A stretch of 64,000 nt of DNA, from positions 1 to 64,000 of the IMG/VR virus record IMGVR_UViG_3300025096_000008; one strand, 5' to 3'. The stretch comes from a virus. Shown here piece by piece: positions 17,157 through 27,442 of the stretch. The notes beneath the pieces were generated by a model that did not search any database, was not told the DNA's origin, and was given only the letters and a program-made list of their open reading frames with translations. The first letter of the stretch is position 1. Every line of letters starts with the position of its first letter. The position numbers and the translations under genes were made by a program.

Positions 17157-19814
17157 ATGTCAGAAGATCCAAAGCCGACCGGGATGATGGAAGAAGATAA
17201 TAGCACCCGTGCTCCAATAGAGACTTTAGAGGATATTACAGCTCAAGAAGGGGAAGTAGAGCAATCTCTCGATCCAGATCTAGTCATCCAGTATTCAGAT
17301 CAAGAGGATGCTGCTCAATCCGTCACTCAAAGTGACCTCAATGAAGCAGAGCTTGCCGAGCTTGACATTGATCAAAGCGAAGTTGATGCAGCCACTCAGG
17401 GAGCAATTGTTGGCTCCATCACAGGAGCATCCAGGAACGAGAGAGAGCGCCAACGGAAGTTACGAAAGCTAGCCCAAGCCGAGACAGGGAGGAAAGTTGC
17501 CGGAGGCAGGAGAAAAAAGCAAGAAGCAAAGGAAGGTGTTTACGAACAGACAGAGCAAGCATATCTGATTCAAAACCTTGAGAAGTTTCTTTTGGCAGAG
17601 ACAACTCCCGAGTCAGAAAGCATGAAAAACCTGATCATTGCAAACTCGAAAGGAAACTTAATAAACACATTGACCATTGGCAATCGACTACTACCTCTTA
17701 TGGGAATAAGCCCAGAACAACTGAGCAGCTTAATACCATACATCAGATTCTTTAAGAGCACAAAGGAGGGCAATGAACGAAACTTAGAAGAGTTTAAGTT
17801 TTCGACGACAAGTCCAAACATGAAAGAATATTTCGAAAGCGGAGCCAACCAGCAGAAGAATGTTGGCTTAAAAAGCTTTTCATGGGAATCAACCGGCGAT
17901 AACTCCTACAATTCCAGAAGATCTTTTCTTGCCGATATCGTTATTACTTTTTCGTCGATGAGCGACCTACAGGCACCCGACCAAGGCATCTCGTGGATGG
18001 ATTTGATTCTCAACAATCCAACAAAAACAGAACTAGAAGGAGAGCCCAAAAGCGAATCTAAATTTAAGCGATACGAAATCCTCGCAGAGATTGGCTATAA
18101 CTTTCCAGATAATGCTCCAGGCTTTACACCTGAACTAAAGGCTTCGATTAGAGAGAGCCGAGTTTTCCTTTCTCTGTATGCCAATACAACAGAATTTGAT
18201 TTTAAAGACGACGGCAGCATTGAGCTCAAAGTGTCGTATACAGCTTCCGGAGAGTTTCTTTCGAATCAATTTAGCTCTAACATTCTCACAATTGGAACAA
18301 TGAGCGAGGAATTAAAATTGGATGCCGAAAAAGAAAGGCTCAAGAAACTGACGGAAGATGTCGCTGATGCCCCAAACAAATCGAAAAAGAAAAAGTCTTT
18401 GGAAGAGCAAATAAAAGATCTGGAGGTATCCATCGAAGAGAAAACCCAAAGGAACAGGGCATCCAACTATGCTAAATTCCTCCAGCACCTCGTCACTCAT
18501 CAGCGACTATTCACATTCACCGTGACAGAATCTCAGTATAAAAAAGGAATACTACCCAACAACAAAGAGTTGGATAGACTGCTCCAAGAAGCACCCGACG
18601 CAGATGTTGTACAGGATACTGTTAAGGAGCTGAAGAAAAAAGAGGAGGCTGGCAAAAACTTAGATAAGAAGCCGACTCCGACAGGCAAAAGAACCATATC
18701 ATATTTCTACCTCGGCGATCTTATGAACTATATGGCGGAATCCCTTAAGGAAAAGCCAGGGGAAGAAAGCTCAATGGCTTCTGAAGTGATAATCGGCGAT
18801 TATGAATTTTATATATTCCCTCCATACGATCCCAAAAAGAAGCTTGCTACCAAAGCCATTGTATCGGAGGAAGTTAAGAAAATGAGAGCCAATCTCTCTA
18901 CTTTACCGATATCTCTTGATATGTATAACCTCTTTATGTATGAGAATGCAATGAAGGAAGGAAGGGACACTTGGACATTCTTCGATTTCGTAAAAAAGGT
19001 AACTTCAGAGTTAGTAGATAATGCTGTTAATAGTTATGTTAAAAACCGGATTAACGACGAGGCAAAAAAGTCATTCACTTTTGGCAAGCCATCGATAAAG
19101 AGCACTGTTACCTCGGGGTACTCTAAGGCACTTATTGGGGTAAAGGGCGGCTGCCCCGCCACCATCAACACCCCTGGTACGGATTTTAGGATTGCTCCCC
19201 CCGAGACTCTTGAGCCTACATCCACCAAATTTATTCCTCCGAATAATTTCTTTATTATTTACGGTGCCAGAGTGCCTGCCTCTATTCGACGAGGCACTGA
19301 CGAGCAGGTAAATGCCCAAAATGGTGTCTACCACCTTGTCACTGGTGCCGATAGAGGAATAGTAAAGGGGATCAAATTTAAACAGAAAGCGAACAGACTT
19401 AGAGATCAGAACATCTTGAAGTCAAGAGACACCGGAAATGTTGATGTGGGGGTGCTGAAGCTCCCCTACAATGCAACGGTGGAGATTATGGGCACCTCTC
19501 CGTTCTATCCTGGTCAGGCACTATTTATTAGCCCTGCTCTTGTTGGAGTGGGCACACTAGACTCTAGAAAATCCATCGCCAAGAAGCTCGGTCTGGGCGG
19601 CTTCTACATTGTCCACAAAGTATCTTCTGATATATCCATGGGGATTCTCCAGAGCACGGTTGAATGTAACTGGGAAACTTTCCCCACCCCCGATCAGCAG
19701 ACTTTAGATGACAAAGAAGCCGATGATGCAACGCTAGATCCATTGAGCAATGACTGTTTCGCCAACCGAGCGATAAAAGAGGATAATATCAATTTCTCAG
19801 GGGAGAGCCCATGA
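17157..19814 (+). CDS. Baseplate hub protein (gp27-like), large
   Basis: Follows the LysM gene; C-terminal YNATVEIMGTSPFYPGQ...GGFYIVHKVSSDI resembles hub proteins. Confidence 0.6.
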   Translation: MSEDPKPTGMMEEDNSTRAPIETLEDITAQEGEVEQSLDPDLVIQYSDQEDAAQSVTQSDLNEAELAELDIDQSEVDAATQGAIVGSITGASRNERERQRKLRKLAQAETGRKVAGGRRKKQEAKEGVYEQTEQAYLIQNLEKFLLAETTPESESMKNLIIANSKGNLINTLTIGNRLLPLMGISPEQLSSLIPYIRFFKSTKEGNERNLEEFKFSTTSPNMKEYFESGANQQKNVGLKSFSWESTGDNSYNSRRSFLADIVITFSSMSDLQAPDQGISWMDLILNNPTKTELEGEPKSESKFKRYEILAEIGYNFPDNAPGFTPELKASIRESRVFLSLYANTTEFDFKDDGSIELKVSYTASGEFLSNQFSSNILTIGTMSEELKLDAEKERLKKLTEDVADAPNKSKKKKSLEEQIKDLEVSIEEKTQRNRASNYAKFLQHLVTHQRLFTFTVTESQYKKGILPNNKELDRLLQEAPDADVVQDTVKELKKKEEAGKNLDKKPTPTGKRTISYFYLGDLMNYMAESLKEKPGEESSMASEVIIGDYEFYIFPPYDPKKKLATKAIVSEEVKKMRANLSTLPISLDMYNLFMYENAMKEGRDTWTFFDFVKKVTSELVDNAVNSYVKNRINDEAKKSFTFGKPSIKSTVTSGYSKALIGVKGGCPATINTPGTDFRIAPPETLEPTSTKFIPPNNFFIIYGARVPASIRRGTDEQVNAQNGVYHLVTGADRGIVKGIKFKQKANRLRDQNILKSRDTGNVDVGVLKLPYNATVEIMGTSPFYPGQALFISPALVGVGTLDSRKSIAKKLGLGGFYIVHKVSSDISMGILQSTVECNWETFPTPDQQTLDDKEADDATLDPLSNDCFANRAIKEDNINFSGESP

Positions 19815-21031
19815 AGCTAAGTTTTGGATCTAACAGTCTCCCAGCAAGCAGCTCTTATAGCGAGAGGCTGTCATATATAAAGAACTACCCTGTCGGCATT
19901 TTAGAGCAGAGCTCTGCCGACTATTGGTACGACCATGTTTTATTTGGAAGGATTGATAAGAATCAAGACTCAATATACCCCTCCCAGAACTTCCTAAAAG
20001 AAATACCCGATTACGAGACAAGTGTGGTAGCTTTGAACTTTGTAGCAGATGCCTTTACCACATTCCGAAGAAATATGGACTTACTTGGTTCAGATGGAAT
20101 GCTGTATGCCGGAGGGTTTATAAAGGACACGAACTTTCTACAACCCCTTCGAGGCTGGCAAAACGTCAATAGCGATTACGATTCGTTTATAAACTCTTTT
20201 TATAGCAACTACCTCTTCCCATTTCTATCCTCCCCAGAAATCAACGAGCACATCCAAAGCTTCCAGGACTTCGTTGAGCAGTTCACGATACTGATAGATA
20301 GAACAACACTACTCTCGCCATTTACAAAGACAGAATATATAACAAGCAATTTGGGAACTCCAATGTATAGTGGGCTTGCTGTTGAGATCGAAGACTCTCT
20401 CGATCACGGAGACGATCTAGAAAAGATACTATCCTACACTAACGACTCCAACTTCGAAATATACAGGCAGATTGCAGCAAACAATGGATTCGTTCTCGAT
20501 AAGAATGCCCCGTGGAGATTGCTAGCACTACCATATGCCCCTCAGATTCAAAATCATATGAATACCTACGGGATAAACTCCGAAACTATGGTAGACAAAT
20601 ACTATTATCGCTCCCATCATTTTGATATACCAAACCTCAAAGTGTACATGAGAGAGTTCTACAATGCCTTCGTCAAAACCCTTCCGACAGTCAGAATCCC
20701 CCTCGTGGGAGGAAAAGGTAAAAAGAAAAGCTTGACAAAGATTATCCATCGTGATACCATTAGCAAAGAACAATATAACGAGGAGTGGTATTTTGATAAT
20801 TCATTCTGGATTAGGCTGTATGTGTTTATTAGAGCGAAAGAGACGAACCGAGACTGGAACCAATACAAGCTTGACCAGGTTGCCTCAAAGGCAGCAGAGT
20901 TTTTTCTCTACTCCGGAGAAGAAGCAGCATACAAATTCATCAATAAAGAGGTCCGCCGACCGTGGAAAGAAAGCTCTCAGATAGACAAATATCGCCGAGG
21001 AACTTTCATGCTTAAAAGAAAGCGAGGATAG
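19811..21031 (+). CDS. Hypothetical protein, probably tail/baseplate associated
   Basis: 406-aa ORF coupled to the hub gene by ATGA; no recognised motif. Confidence 0.6.
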   Translation: MKLSFGSNSLPASSSYSERLSYIKNYPVGILEQSSADYWYDHVLFGRIDKNQDSIYPSQNFLKEIPDYETSVVALNFVADAFTTFRRNMDLLGSDGMLYAGGFIKDTNFLQPLRGWQNVNSDYDSFINSFYSNYLFPFLSSPEINEHIQSFQDFVEQFTILIDRTTLLSPFTKTEYITSNLGTPMYSGLAVEIEDSLDHGDDLEKILSYTNDSNFEIYRQIAANNGFVLDKNAPWRLLALPYAPQIQNHMNTYGINSETMVDKYYYRSHHFDIPNLKVYMREFYNAFVKTLPTVRIPLVGGKGKKKSLTKIIHRDTISKEQYNEEWYFDNSFWIRLYVFIRAKETNRDWNQYKLDQVASKAAEFFLYSGEEAAYKFINKEVRRPWKESSQIDKYRRGTFMLKRKRG

Positions 21032-21032
21032 C

Positions 21033-22208
21033 TTGTTTTACATAACTCTTGATTCGAAGGAAGAGTGTTTAGGATATTACTATGACGGCGCCATCCACGA
21101 TACGAGCCCCGATCCCGACAAAAACAATGTAACATGGGACTACTCCCATTCCCATCACCAAGACGGAATAGAGTATCTGAAGCTTTATTGTGGCGGCAAA
21201 TCTTTGGGAGAAATGTGCCCCGACCATCTGGGTAGAGACTGGGACGGAGCACTGGAAAAAAGAAAGGCATTCGAAACAGCCATCAAGAATAGTAAAATAG
21301 AAGTTCAAGATGTATGTATATACGATCTGGTTCCGCCATGGTTTATGAAAGAAATCTCCCAGCTCAAATGTGAGATTCTTGAGCATGTTCATCAAAACCT
21401 CCACAAGCCAGAGGCATACGACTTCATGCTTGGGCTGGAAAAACTATTTGCCGGAATCAAAGAAAACACTCTCAAGATTGATACATCGAGCCTCCGAGGC
21501 AAGCTCGGAAATTCGGCAGTTAGAAACTTCCTCCATAGAGTCAGAGGAAAGACTTCGATAGAATACAATCAGTTCGGGACTATTACCGGCAGGCTAACAG
21601 TAGCAAATTCTAGCTTTCCCATTCTAAACATTGAGCGATCTCTCAGGGAAATAGTCAAGCCAAATAACGATCTGTTTGTGGAGTTTGATTACAATGCTGC
21701 CGAACTAAGAACACTACTCTCTCTATCTGGACAAGAGCAGCCGAAAAGAGATATCCACGAGTGGAATATTGAGAATGTCTTCAAAAAGGAAATGACCAGA
21801 GCCGAAGCGAAGAAGAAGATCTTCTCTGCGATATATAATCCGAACATTGACCAAGACTACTACAAGGTGGAAAAGGTATTAAAAAAGTATTACAACTCAG
21901 GTAAGATCAAGACTCCATACGGAAGAGAAATAGAGTGTGACGACGGACATGCCCTGAACTATATTTTACAGAGCACTACTAGCGATCTGGTTCTTGATCA
22001 AGCTATGAAGATAAACAAGATCCTAGAGGGGAAGAAATCTAAGATAGTATTCTTGATCCACGACAGTTTTGTGGTGGATTTGGCACAGGAAGAGCGAGCC
22101 TTGATATACGAGATCAAGGAAATTTTTTCCCGGAACAAAATTGGAGATTTTTTAGTCAATGTTAGTGCCGGCAGAGACTTTGGCAATATGAGGAGGATTG
22201 ATATATGA
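21033..22208 (+). CDS. Compact family A DNA polymerase (no recognisable exonuclease domain)
   Basis: TITGRL, motif A FDYNAAELR, motif B RAEAKKKIFSAIY, NYILQST and motif C IHDSFVVD. Confidence 0.85.
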   Translation: MFYITLDSKEECLGYYYDGAIHDTSPDPDKNNVTWDYSHSHHQDGIEYLKLYCGGKSLGEMCPDHLGRDWDGALEKRKAFETAIKNSKIEVQDVCIYDLVPPWFMKEISQLKCEILEHVHQNLHKPEAYDFMLGLEKLFAGIKENTLKIDTSSLRGKLGNSAVRNFLHRVRGKTSIEYNQFGTITGRLTVANSSFPILNIERSLREIVKPNNDLFVEFDYNAAELRTLLSLSGQEQPKRDIHEWNIENVFKKEMTRAEAKKKIFSAIYNPNIDQDYYKVEKVLKKYYNSGKIKTPYGREIECDDGHALNYILQSTTSDLVLDQAMKINKILEGKKSKIVFLIHDSFVVDLAQEERALIYEIKEIFSRNKIGDFLVNVSAGRDFGNMRRIDI

Positions 22209-22519
22209 AATACGATAAACTCGTTCGAGATAAAGTACCACATCGTCTAATAAAGGAGAAGAAGGTATTCTCATGCCGAGAGGCACTGAAAGAGGAATAC
22301 TTAGATTATGTTGATGACGCATTGCTTGAGCATGTAAATGGCTATTTGGAGAATCGATCTCTCGAAGCACTGGCAGAAGTCTTGGAAGTGGTGTATACTC
22401 TTTCTCTTGAGCTGGGATACACCATCGACGAGCTTATGGAAGAAAGAATCCAGAAAGAGGCTGACCTTGGGGCATATTACGAGGGAATCATCCTAGAGGA
22501 AGTGAAAGAAGATGATTAA
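22205..22519 (+). CDS. MazG-like / PRA-PH nucleotide pyrophosphohydrolase
   Basis: MKYDKLVRDKVP...LEALAEVLEVV...ERIQK family pattern, with partly degenerate acidic residues. Confidence 0.7.
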   Translation: MKYDKLVRDKVPHRLIKEKKVFSCREALKEEYLDYVDDALLEHVNGYLENRSLEALAEVLEVVYTLSLELGYTIDELMEERIQKEADLGAYYEGIILEEVKEDD

Positions 22520-23354
22520 TGTGATTGGCTTGGGCAAAGTCGGATGTGCTATAGCCGAGAAGTTTAGAAAGCATCCCCAGTATGAAGTATATAAGATAGG
22601 AGCAGGGCTTCCCGATAAGGATAATAAGAACTGCTTTTCCATCAAGAAGAGATCGGCACCAGAAGACTACGAAGATAAGTTCCCAGCAAGGGTTACGAAT
22701 GCTCTCAAGAAGATTGACGGTGACATTCTCTTTGTGGTTTCTGGCGGCACAGATATTTCCTCAGCATCGCTAAGAATACTGGAGGCAGTAAGTCCGAGAA
22801 GGATAGAGGTACTATACATAAAGCCAGACCTTACTGACGATCATTCAAAGAACCTCGACAGAGTGGTATCTAATGTATTCCAGGAATATGCTCGCTCTGG
22901 GCTATTCGAGAGACTCTATCTTATTTCAAATTCCGCAATCGAAAAAGTCATTGGGAATATTCCGATTGGCAGATATCAAGACACGATCAATGAATTTGTC
23001 TCTTCCACCATTCATATGCTAAATGTCTATAGAAACACCGAAGCAGTAATGTCCAGCTACCCAAAGGAGTCTGGTATTTGCCGGATTTGTACTATAGGAA
23101 TCGGTGAGATGGAAAAAATGGCAGATCAGATGTGCTTTTCTCTTGACAATGTGAACGAAAAGAGCTATTATTTTGCTATAAACAAAAAACAGGTAGATAA
23201 TGATTCTGATCTCCTCTTTAGGGTAAAGAAGAGAGTAACACAAAAAGACGAGGACATAAAAGTAGGTTTTGGAGTATACTCAACGGAATATGACAAGAAC
23301 TACATCTATATTGTTTCTCAAACAAAGATAATTCAAGGAGTAAACTATGGTTAA
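22512..23354 (+). CDS. Tubulin/FtsZ (PhuZ-like) protein with degenerate signature
   Basis: NVIGLGKVGCAIA, then SGGTDISS in place of GGGTGSG, then LYLISN. Confidence 0.65.
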   Translation: MINVIGLGKVGCAIAEKFRKHPQYEVYKIGAGLPDKDNKNCFSIKKRSAPEDYEDKFPARVTNALKKIDGDILFVVSGGTDISSASLRILEAVSPRRIEVLYIKPDLTDDHSKNLDRVVSNVFQEYARSGLFERLYLISNSAIEKVIGNIPIGRYQDTINEFVSSTIHMLNVYRNTEAVMSSYPKESGICRICTIGIGEMEKMADQMCFSLDNVNEKSYYFAINKKQVDNDSDLLFRVKKRVTQKDEDIKVGFGVYSTEYDKNYIYIVSQTKIIQGVNYG

Positions 23355-23622
23355 AATTTTTACAGGCTCTTTTAAGAAGAAGAACGACGACATTCGGACT
23401 ATGATTTTTGTAAAGCTGGAAGATCTCCCTTCCAGCTTTTTAAGTTCCAAGATCAAGGATGGATCATCTCAGCGAAAAGTACCAGAAGGGCAAGAGCTCG
23501 TATGGGATGTTTCCGAGTCTGCTTTCCGGACATTCAACTGGAACTCAGCACTGGGAGAAGTAGATGTGAAACTACTGGAAGGAAAGGAAAAAGAAAATTT
23601 TGAGAAAAAGCACTTGACATAA
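23347..23622 (+). CDS. SH3-fold / WYL-like small protein (DUF2693-like)
   Basis: FKKKNDDIRTM...VWDVSESAFRTFNW. Confidence 0.6.
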   Translation: MVKIFTGSFKKKNDDIRTMIFVKLEDLPSSFLSSKIKDGSSQRKVPEGQELVWDVSESAFRTFNWNSALGEVDVKLLEGKEKENFEKKHLT

Positions 23623-23642
23623 GAAAAGTGATCTGATATAAT
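23614..23642 (+). promoter_or_regulatory. sigma70-type promoter for SSB
   Basis: TTGACA-17-TATAAT with an extended TG. Confidence 0.9.
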
Positions 23643-23673
23643 AGTGTCTAACAAAAAGTAAAAGGAGTCATAA

Positions 23674-24426
23674 ATGACAATTGATATGAAAAAAATGAGA
23701 GAAAAGTACAGCACCCTCAAAAACCGAGGTCAGGGTGGTGGTAGTCAGTTCTGGAAACCTTCCGAGGGTTCACAGACTGTACGGATTGTTCCGACTGAAG
23801 ACGGAGATCCTTTCAAGAGCTTTTCTTTCCATTATGGTGTCGGCAAAGAGGGAGGCTTCCTATGTCCAAAGAATAATTTTGGAGAGGACTGCCCAGTATG
23901 TGGCTTTGTTCGTGGTCTTTACCAAGAAGGCGATGAAGAGAGCAAAGCTATGGCACGACAGCTCGGTGTTAAATCTCGATTCTTCTCTCCCGTCCTTGTT
24001 CGAGGGGAAGAGGAGCTTGGAGTCCGTCTATGGGGTTTTTCCAAGACGGTATATGAAACTCTCCTGGGTCTTGTGCTGAATCCGGACTACGGGGATATTA
24101 CGGATATTGAAACTGGTATCGATCTGGATCTACATTACGGTAAGCCACCTGGAGGTCAATTTCCTATGACCAAGGTGACACCAAAGCGACGTTCTAGCCG
24201 CCTTTGCAGCGATAAGATTAGCGAAGAGCAGTGTGAAGGTCTTTTGGGTACTGTACCAGATTTTGAATCTCTCTTTGAGAAAAAGACGACTGTCGAAGTC
24301 CAAGGATTCTTGGACACTCACTTGACAGCCGACAATCCAGAGGAGTTTTCCAGTGAAGTGGAAAAATATCCTGGAAAAAGTGTGAACAAGGTTGATAGTG
24401 CCCTTGACGAATTGATGACTCGTTAG
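23674..24426 (+). CDS. Single-stranded DNA-binding protein, gp32-like
   Basis: FWKP, VRIVP, H...CP...CPVC zinc site, DYGDITD and an acidic tail. Confidence 0.85.
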   Translation: MTIDMKKMREKYSTLKNRGQGGGSQFWKPSEGSQTVRIVPTEDGDPFKSFSFHYGVGKEGGFLCPKNNFGEDCPVCGFVRGLYQEGDEESKAMARQLGVKSRFFSPVLVRGEEELGVRLWGFSKTVYETLLGLVLNPDYGDITDIETGIDLDLHYGKPPGGQFPMTKVTPKRRSSRLCSDKISEEQCEGLLGTVPDFESLFEKKTTVEVQGFLDTHLTADNPEEFSSEVEKYPGKSVNKVDSALDELMTR

Positions 24427-24443
24427 ACATCACACACCCACGG

Positions 24444-24476
24444 GGAGGCACAGGGTTAACGGGTGCCTCTTTTTTT
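24444..24476 (+). terminator. Rho-independent terminator after SSB
   Basis: gaggcac...gtgcctc followed by T7. Confidence 0.8.
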
Positions 24477-24498
24477 ACTTTATTTACGGAGTTGTGCT

Positions 24499-25623
24499 AT
24501 GGCGAGAAGTTTGAAACATAAAAAAGGTTCTTTGAACATCGATGAACTTAGGAAAAAGATCAATAAAAAGGCTGGCATGAATGTAGCACACGATCTTACG
24601 ACAGATAATCCAACTGAAGTCAAAGACTGGATTCCCACAGGCTCCACATGGCTAAATAGTGTCATTTGCCGAGGAAAGACTGCTGGTATCCCGGTAGGAA
24701 AGATATCAGAGATAGCAGGATTAGAAGCCTCCGGAAAGAGCTACATGGCAGCCCAGACAGCAGCCAATGCCCAGAAAATGGGAATCAATGTGGTATACTT
24801 CGACTCAGAATCATCCATCGATCCTACTTTTCTTAGCAAAAGCGGTCTGAATGTCGATGAAGTTCTGTATGTCCAGGCAAGCTCTGTTGAGTTTGTGCTG
24901 GAGACGATTGAGGAGCTCTTGAATTCGACGGAAGATAAGATGCTGTTTATTTGGGACAGTCTCGCCTTGACACCAGCGGTAAGTGATGTAGAGGGAACAT
25001 TTAACCCTAACGAATCGGTAGCTGTCAAGGCTCGTGTATTGGCTAAGGGAATGTCCAAACTAATAGTATCGCTAGCCAACTCACAGTCTACCCTTTTGGT
25101 ATTAAATCAGCTCAAGACAAATCTCCAAGTAGCGAACCCGAAGTACGCGACGGATAGTGAAAAATATACCACTCCTGGAGGCAAGTCGATGATGTATGCC
25201 TACAGTTTGAGAATTTGGCTGACTGGCAAGCGAGGCAAGAAGAGCATCATTGCCGACGACAAGGGTTTTGTCGTCGGCAATGAAGTCAAGGCTCGATTGG
25301 AAAAGTCTCGATTTGGAACAGCCGGCAGAATATGTAATTTCAAGATTATGTGGGGTAATGACATCGGGGTGAGGGATGACGAGAGTTTATTTGAGGCTAT
25401 ACAGTCTTCGGACCAGTTGATAAACTCGGGTCCATGGTGGACTCTCAAATATGGTGATGGATCTGAACAGAAATTCCAAGCCGCCAAGTGGGGCGAATTC
25501 ATGCTGGATTCAAAATTCCGAGATAGAGTCTTGCGGCTTGTGGACGAAGAGGTCGTCCTGAAGTTTGATAATAGGGATGTAGATGCCCAACACTTTTACG
25601 ATGAAGCAGAAGCAGAGGTATAG
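24499..25623 (+). CDS. recA: RecA/UvsX recombinase
   Basis: IPTGS, Walker A GLEASGKS, FIWDS, LNQL, TPGG and KSRF. Confidence 0.93.
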   Translation: MARSLKHKKGSLNIDELRKKINKKAGMNVAHDLTTDNPTEVKDWIPTGSTWLNSVICRGKTAGIPVGKISEIAGLEASGKSYMAAQTAANAQKMGINVVYFDSESSIDPTFLSKSGLNVDEVLYVQASSVEFVLETIEELLNSTEDKMLFIWDSLALTPAVSDVEGTFNPNESVAVKARVLAKGMSKLIVSLANSQSTLLVLNQLKTNLQVANPKYATDSEKYTTPGGKSMMYAYSLRIWLTGKRGKKSIIADDKGFVVGNEVKARLEKSRFGTAGRICNFKIMWGNDIGVRDDESLFEAIQSSDQLINSGPWWTLKYGDGSEQKFQAAKWGEFMLDSKFRDRVLRLVDEEVVLKFDNRDVDAQHFYDEAEAEV

Positions 25624-25625
25624 AA

Positions 25626-26234
25626 ATGAAAATGTTAAAGCAAGATAAATACTGGGGGAGCACTAGTGATATCCGCCTAGACGACAGCAGCTCGAACGAG
25701 AATGAGGTATCTTCCTTAAACAACAGGATCTATTTCTACTCAGAAGTAACTCGACCGGAATGTCTGGCACTAAACAAAAACATCCAGACCCTATCTGATG
25801 CTATGTGCACAAATGGTCATAACTACAATATTCCAGTTCCCCCAATCCGGTTACATATCAGTTCCTATGGAGGCTCTGTCTTCGCCGGACTTTCATCGGT
25901 GGATTATATAATGGCTTCCAAGGCACCGATCCACTCGGTAGTAGAGGGATGTGCAGCATCAGCAGCAACACTGATGAGTGTCGTGGCTGAAAAGCGATAC
26001 ATCCATAAGAATTCATTTATGCTCATTCATCAGCTATCTTCTGGTATGTGGGGCAAATTTGAAGAGCTCAAGGACAGCATGGAGAATTGTGAGATTTTGA
26101 TGCAGACCATCAGGGAGATCTACAACAAACACACTAACATTCCAAAAAAGAAGCTTGACGAGATTCTCAAGCACGATTTGTGGTTCGATGCTGACACTTG
26201 TCTAAAGTATGGCTTAGTTGACGAAATTATTTGA
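25626..26234 (+). CDS. ClpP-family protease
   Basis: ISSYGGSV, CAASAAT (Ser), MLIHQ (His), DLWF and YGLVDEI. Confidence 0.9.
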   Translation: MKMLKQDKYWGSTSDIRLDDSSSNENEVSSLNNRIYFYSEVTRPECLALNKNIQTLSDAMCTNGHNYNIPVPPIRLHISSYGGSVFAGLSSVDYIMASKAPIHSVVEGCAASAATLMSVVAEKRYIHKNSFMLIHQLSSGMWGKFEELKDSMENCEILMQTIREIYNKHTNIPKKKLDEILKHDLWFDADTCLKYGLVDEII

Positions 26235-26246
26235 GCTGATTCGTAG

Positions 26247-26423
26247 ATGAAAAAACCGAAAATAGAAACTCTCAAAGAAACAGTCAAGATATCTATAGAT
26301 GCGATAGAGAACCTTCTTGACGAAATATTTCTCCTGAGAGAAGAGAATGAAAAGATAAAGAAGAAGCTGAAGTCTGTTAGGGCGAAGCTTAAGCGATTGG
26401 TATCTGAGAATGGGCGAAAATAA
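26247..26423 (+). CDS. Small coiled-coil protein (58 aa, not in ORF track)
   Basis: MKKPKIETLKETVKISIDAIENLLDEIFLLREENEKIKKKL...; fills the gap between ClpP and the exonuclease. Confidence 0.6.
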   Translation: MKKPKIETLKETVKISIDAIENLLDEIFLLREENEKIKKKLKSVRAKLKRLVSENGRK

Positions 26424-27396
26424 GAAAAGAATAATGATAGTTGATGGTCACAATGCTTTTATTAGGCACTATATTGTGAACCCAACTATCTCCTCCAACG
26501 GTCAGCCCATCGGAGGTTTAGTAGGCTTCCTCCAGGGACTACAGAAGCTAGCAAGAACGATAAAACCAGATCTGATATCTGTTGTGTGGGACGGAGAAAA
26601 CGGCAGCCGCCGCCGTCGAAGCATCGTCAAGGGGTACAAGGAAGGCAGGAAGCCAGTTCGGCTCAATCGATTTATAAGAAACCTGCCTGAGAATGAAGAG
26701 TCAAAAAATCTCATCTGGCAGCAGGTCAGAGTGCTTGAATACCTAAATGAGACCCCCGTGATTCAGTTTATGTTCCCAGAAACAGAGGCAGATGACACCG
26801 TAGCATATGTGAGTCAACTCCCTCAGCTTAGTGACTGGCACAAAGTGATAGTATCCAGCGACAAGGATTTCTTCCAACTATGTGGTGATTCGACAATCTT
26901 ATATCGTCCCATACAGGACGAGGTTGTGAACAAGAATTCTATTTTGGAAAAATTCAGCATCCACCCCGATAACTTTGCCCTCGCTAGGGCAATCTCTGGG
27001 GATAAATCAGACAACCTTCCTGGTGTGCCGAGAGTTGGAATTCCGACTGTGGCAAAACGACTCCCATTCCTGTCGGAGGACAAGGAATATCTGGTAGCTG
27101 ATATAGAGAAATATTGTGAAGAGAGAGAGGAAGAAAAGGTTAAGTTTTATAGAGATGTTTTGGAGAATATTGATATCGTAAAAATCAATTACAAGATGAT
27201 GCAACTCTATTCACCATCCCTCTCAACTCAGACAACTAGAAAAATAAGGGAAACATTTGACGAGTACATTCCCCTGTTTAATAAGACGGGAATGGTAAAG
27301 CTTCTGTTTGAAGACGGCTGCCCTCAAATCAACCTCGACAATCTCTTTGCCCTATTTCAGAGAACTGTTTATGAACTAAAGAAACAAACCTCTTGA
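26410..27396 (+). CDS. 5'-3' exonuclease / T4 RNase H (FEN family)
   Basis: IVDGHN, VWDG, YKEGR, EADD, SSDKDFFQL and GDKSDNLPGV. Confidence 0.93.
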   Translation: MGENKKRIMIVDGHNAFIRHYIVNPTISSNGQPIGGLVGFLQGLQKLARTIKPDLISVVWDGENGSRRRRSIVKGYKEGRKPVRLNRFIRNLPENEESKNLIWQQVRVLEYLNETPVIQFMFPETEADDTVAYVSQLPQLSDWHKVIVSSDKDFFQLCGDSTILYRPIQDEVVNKNSILEKFSIHPDNFALARAISGDKSDNLPGVPRVGIPTVAKRLPFLSEDKEYLVADIEKYCEEREEEKVKFYRDVLENIDIVKINYKMMQLYSPSLSTQTTRKIRETFDEYIPLFNKTGMVKLLFEDGCPQINLDNLFALFQRTVYELKKQTS

Positions 27397-27421
27397 CTTT
27401 CGAAAGAAAAAAAGGTATACT
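27393..27421 (+). promoter_or_regulatory. sigma70-type promoter for helicase/RNR
   Basis: TTGACT-17-TATACT. Confidence 0.8.
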
Positions 27422-27442
27422 ATATACCTGGGAGAAAAATAC

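Noticed and set aside
25626-26234. ClpP-like protein as the head maturation protease
   Set aside because: It sits in the replication block, and the LxE sites suggest a gp21-type protease encoded elsewhere.
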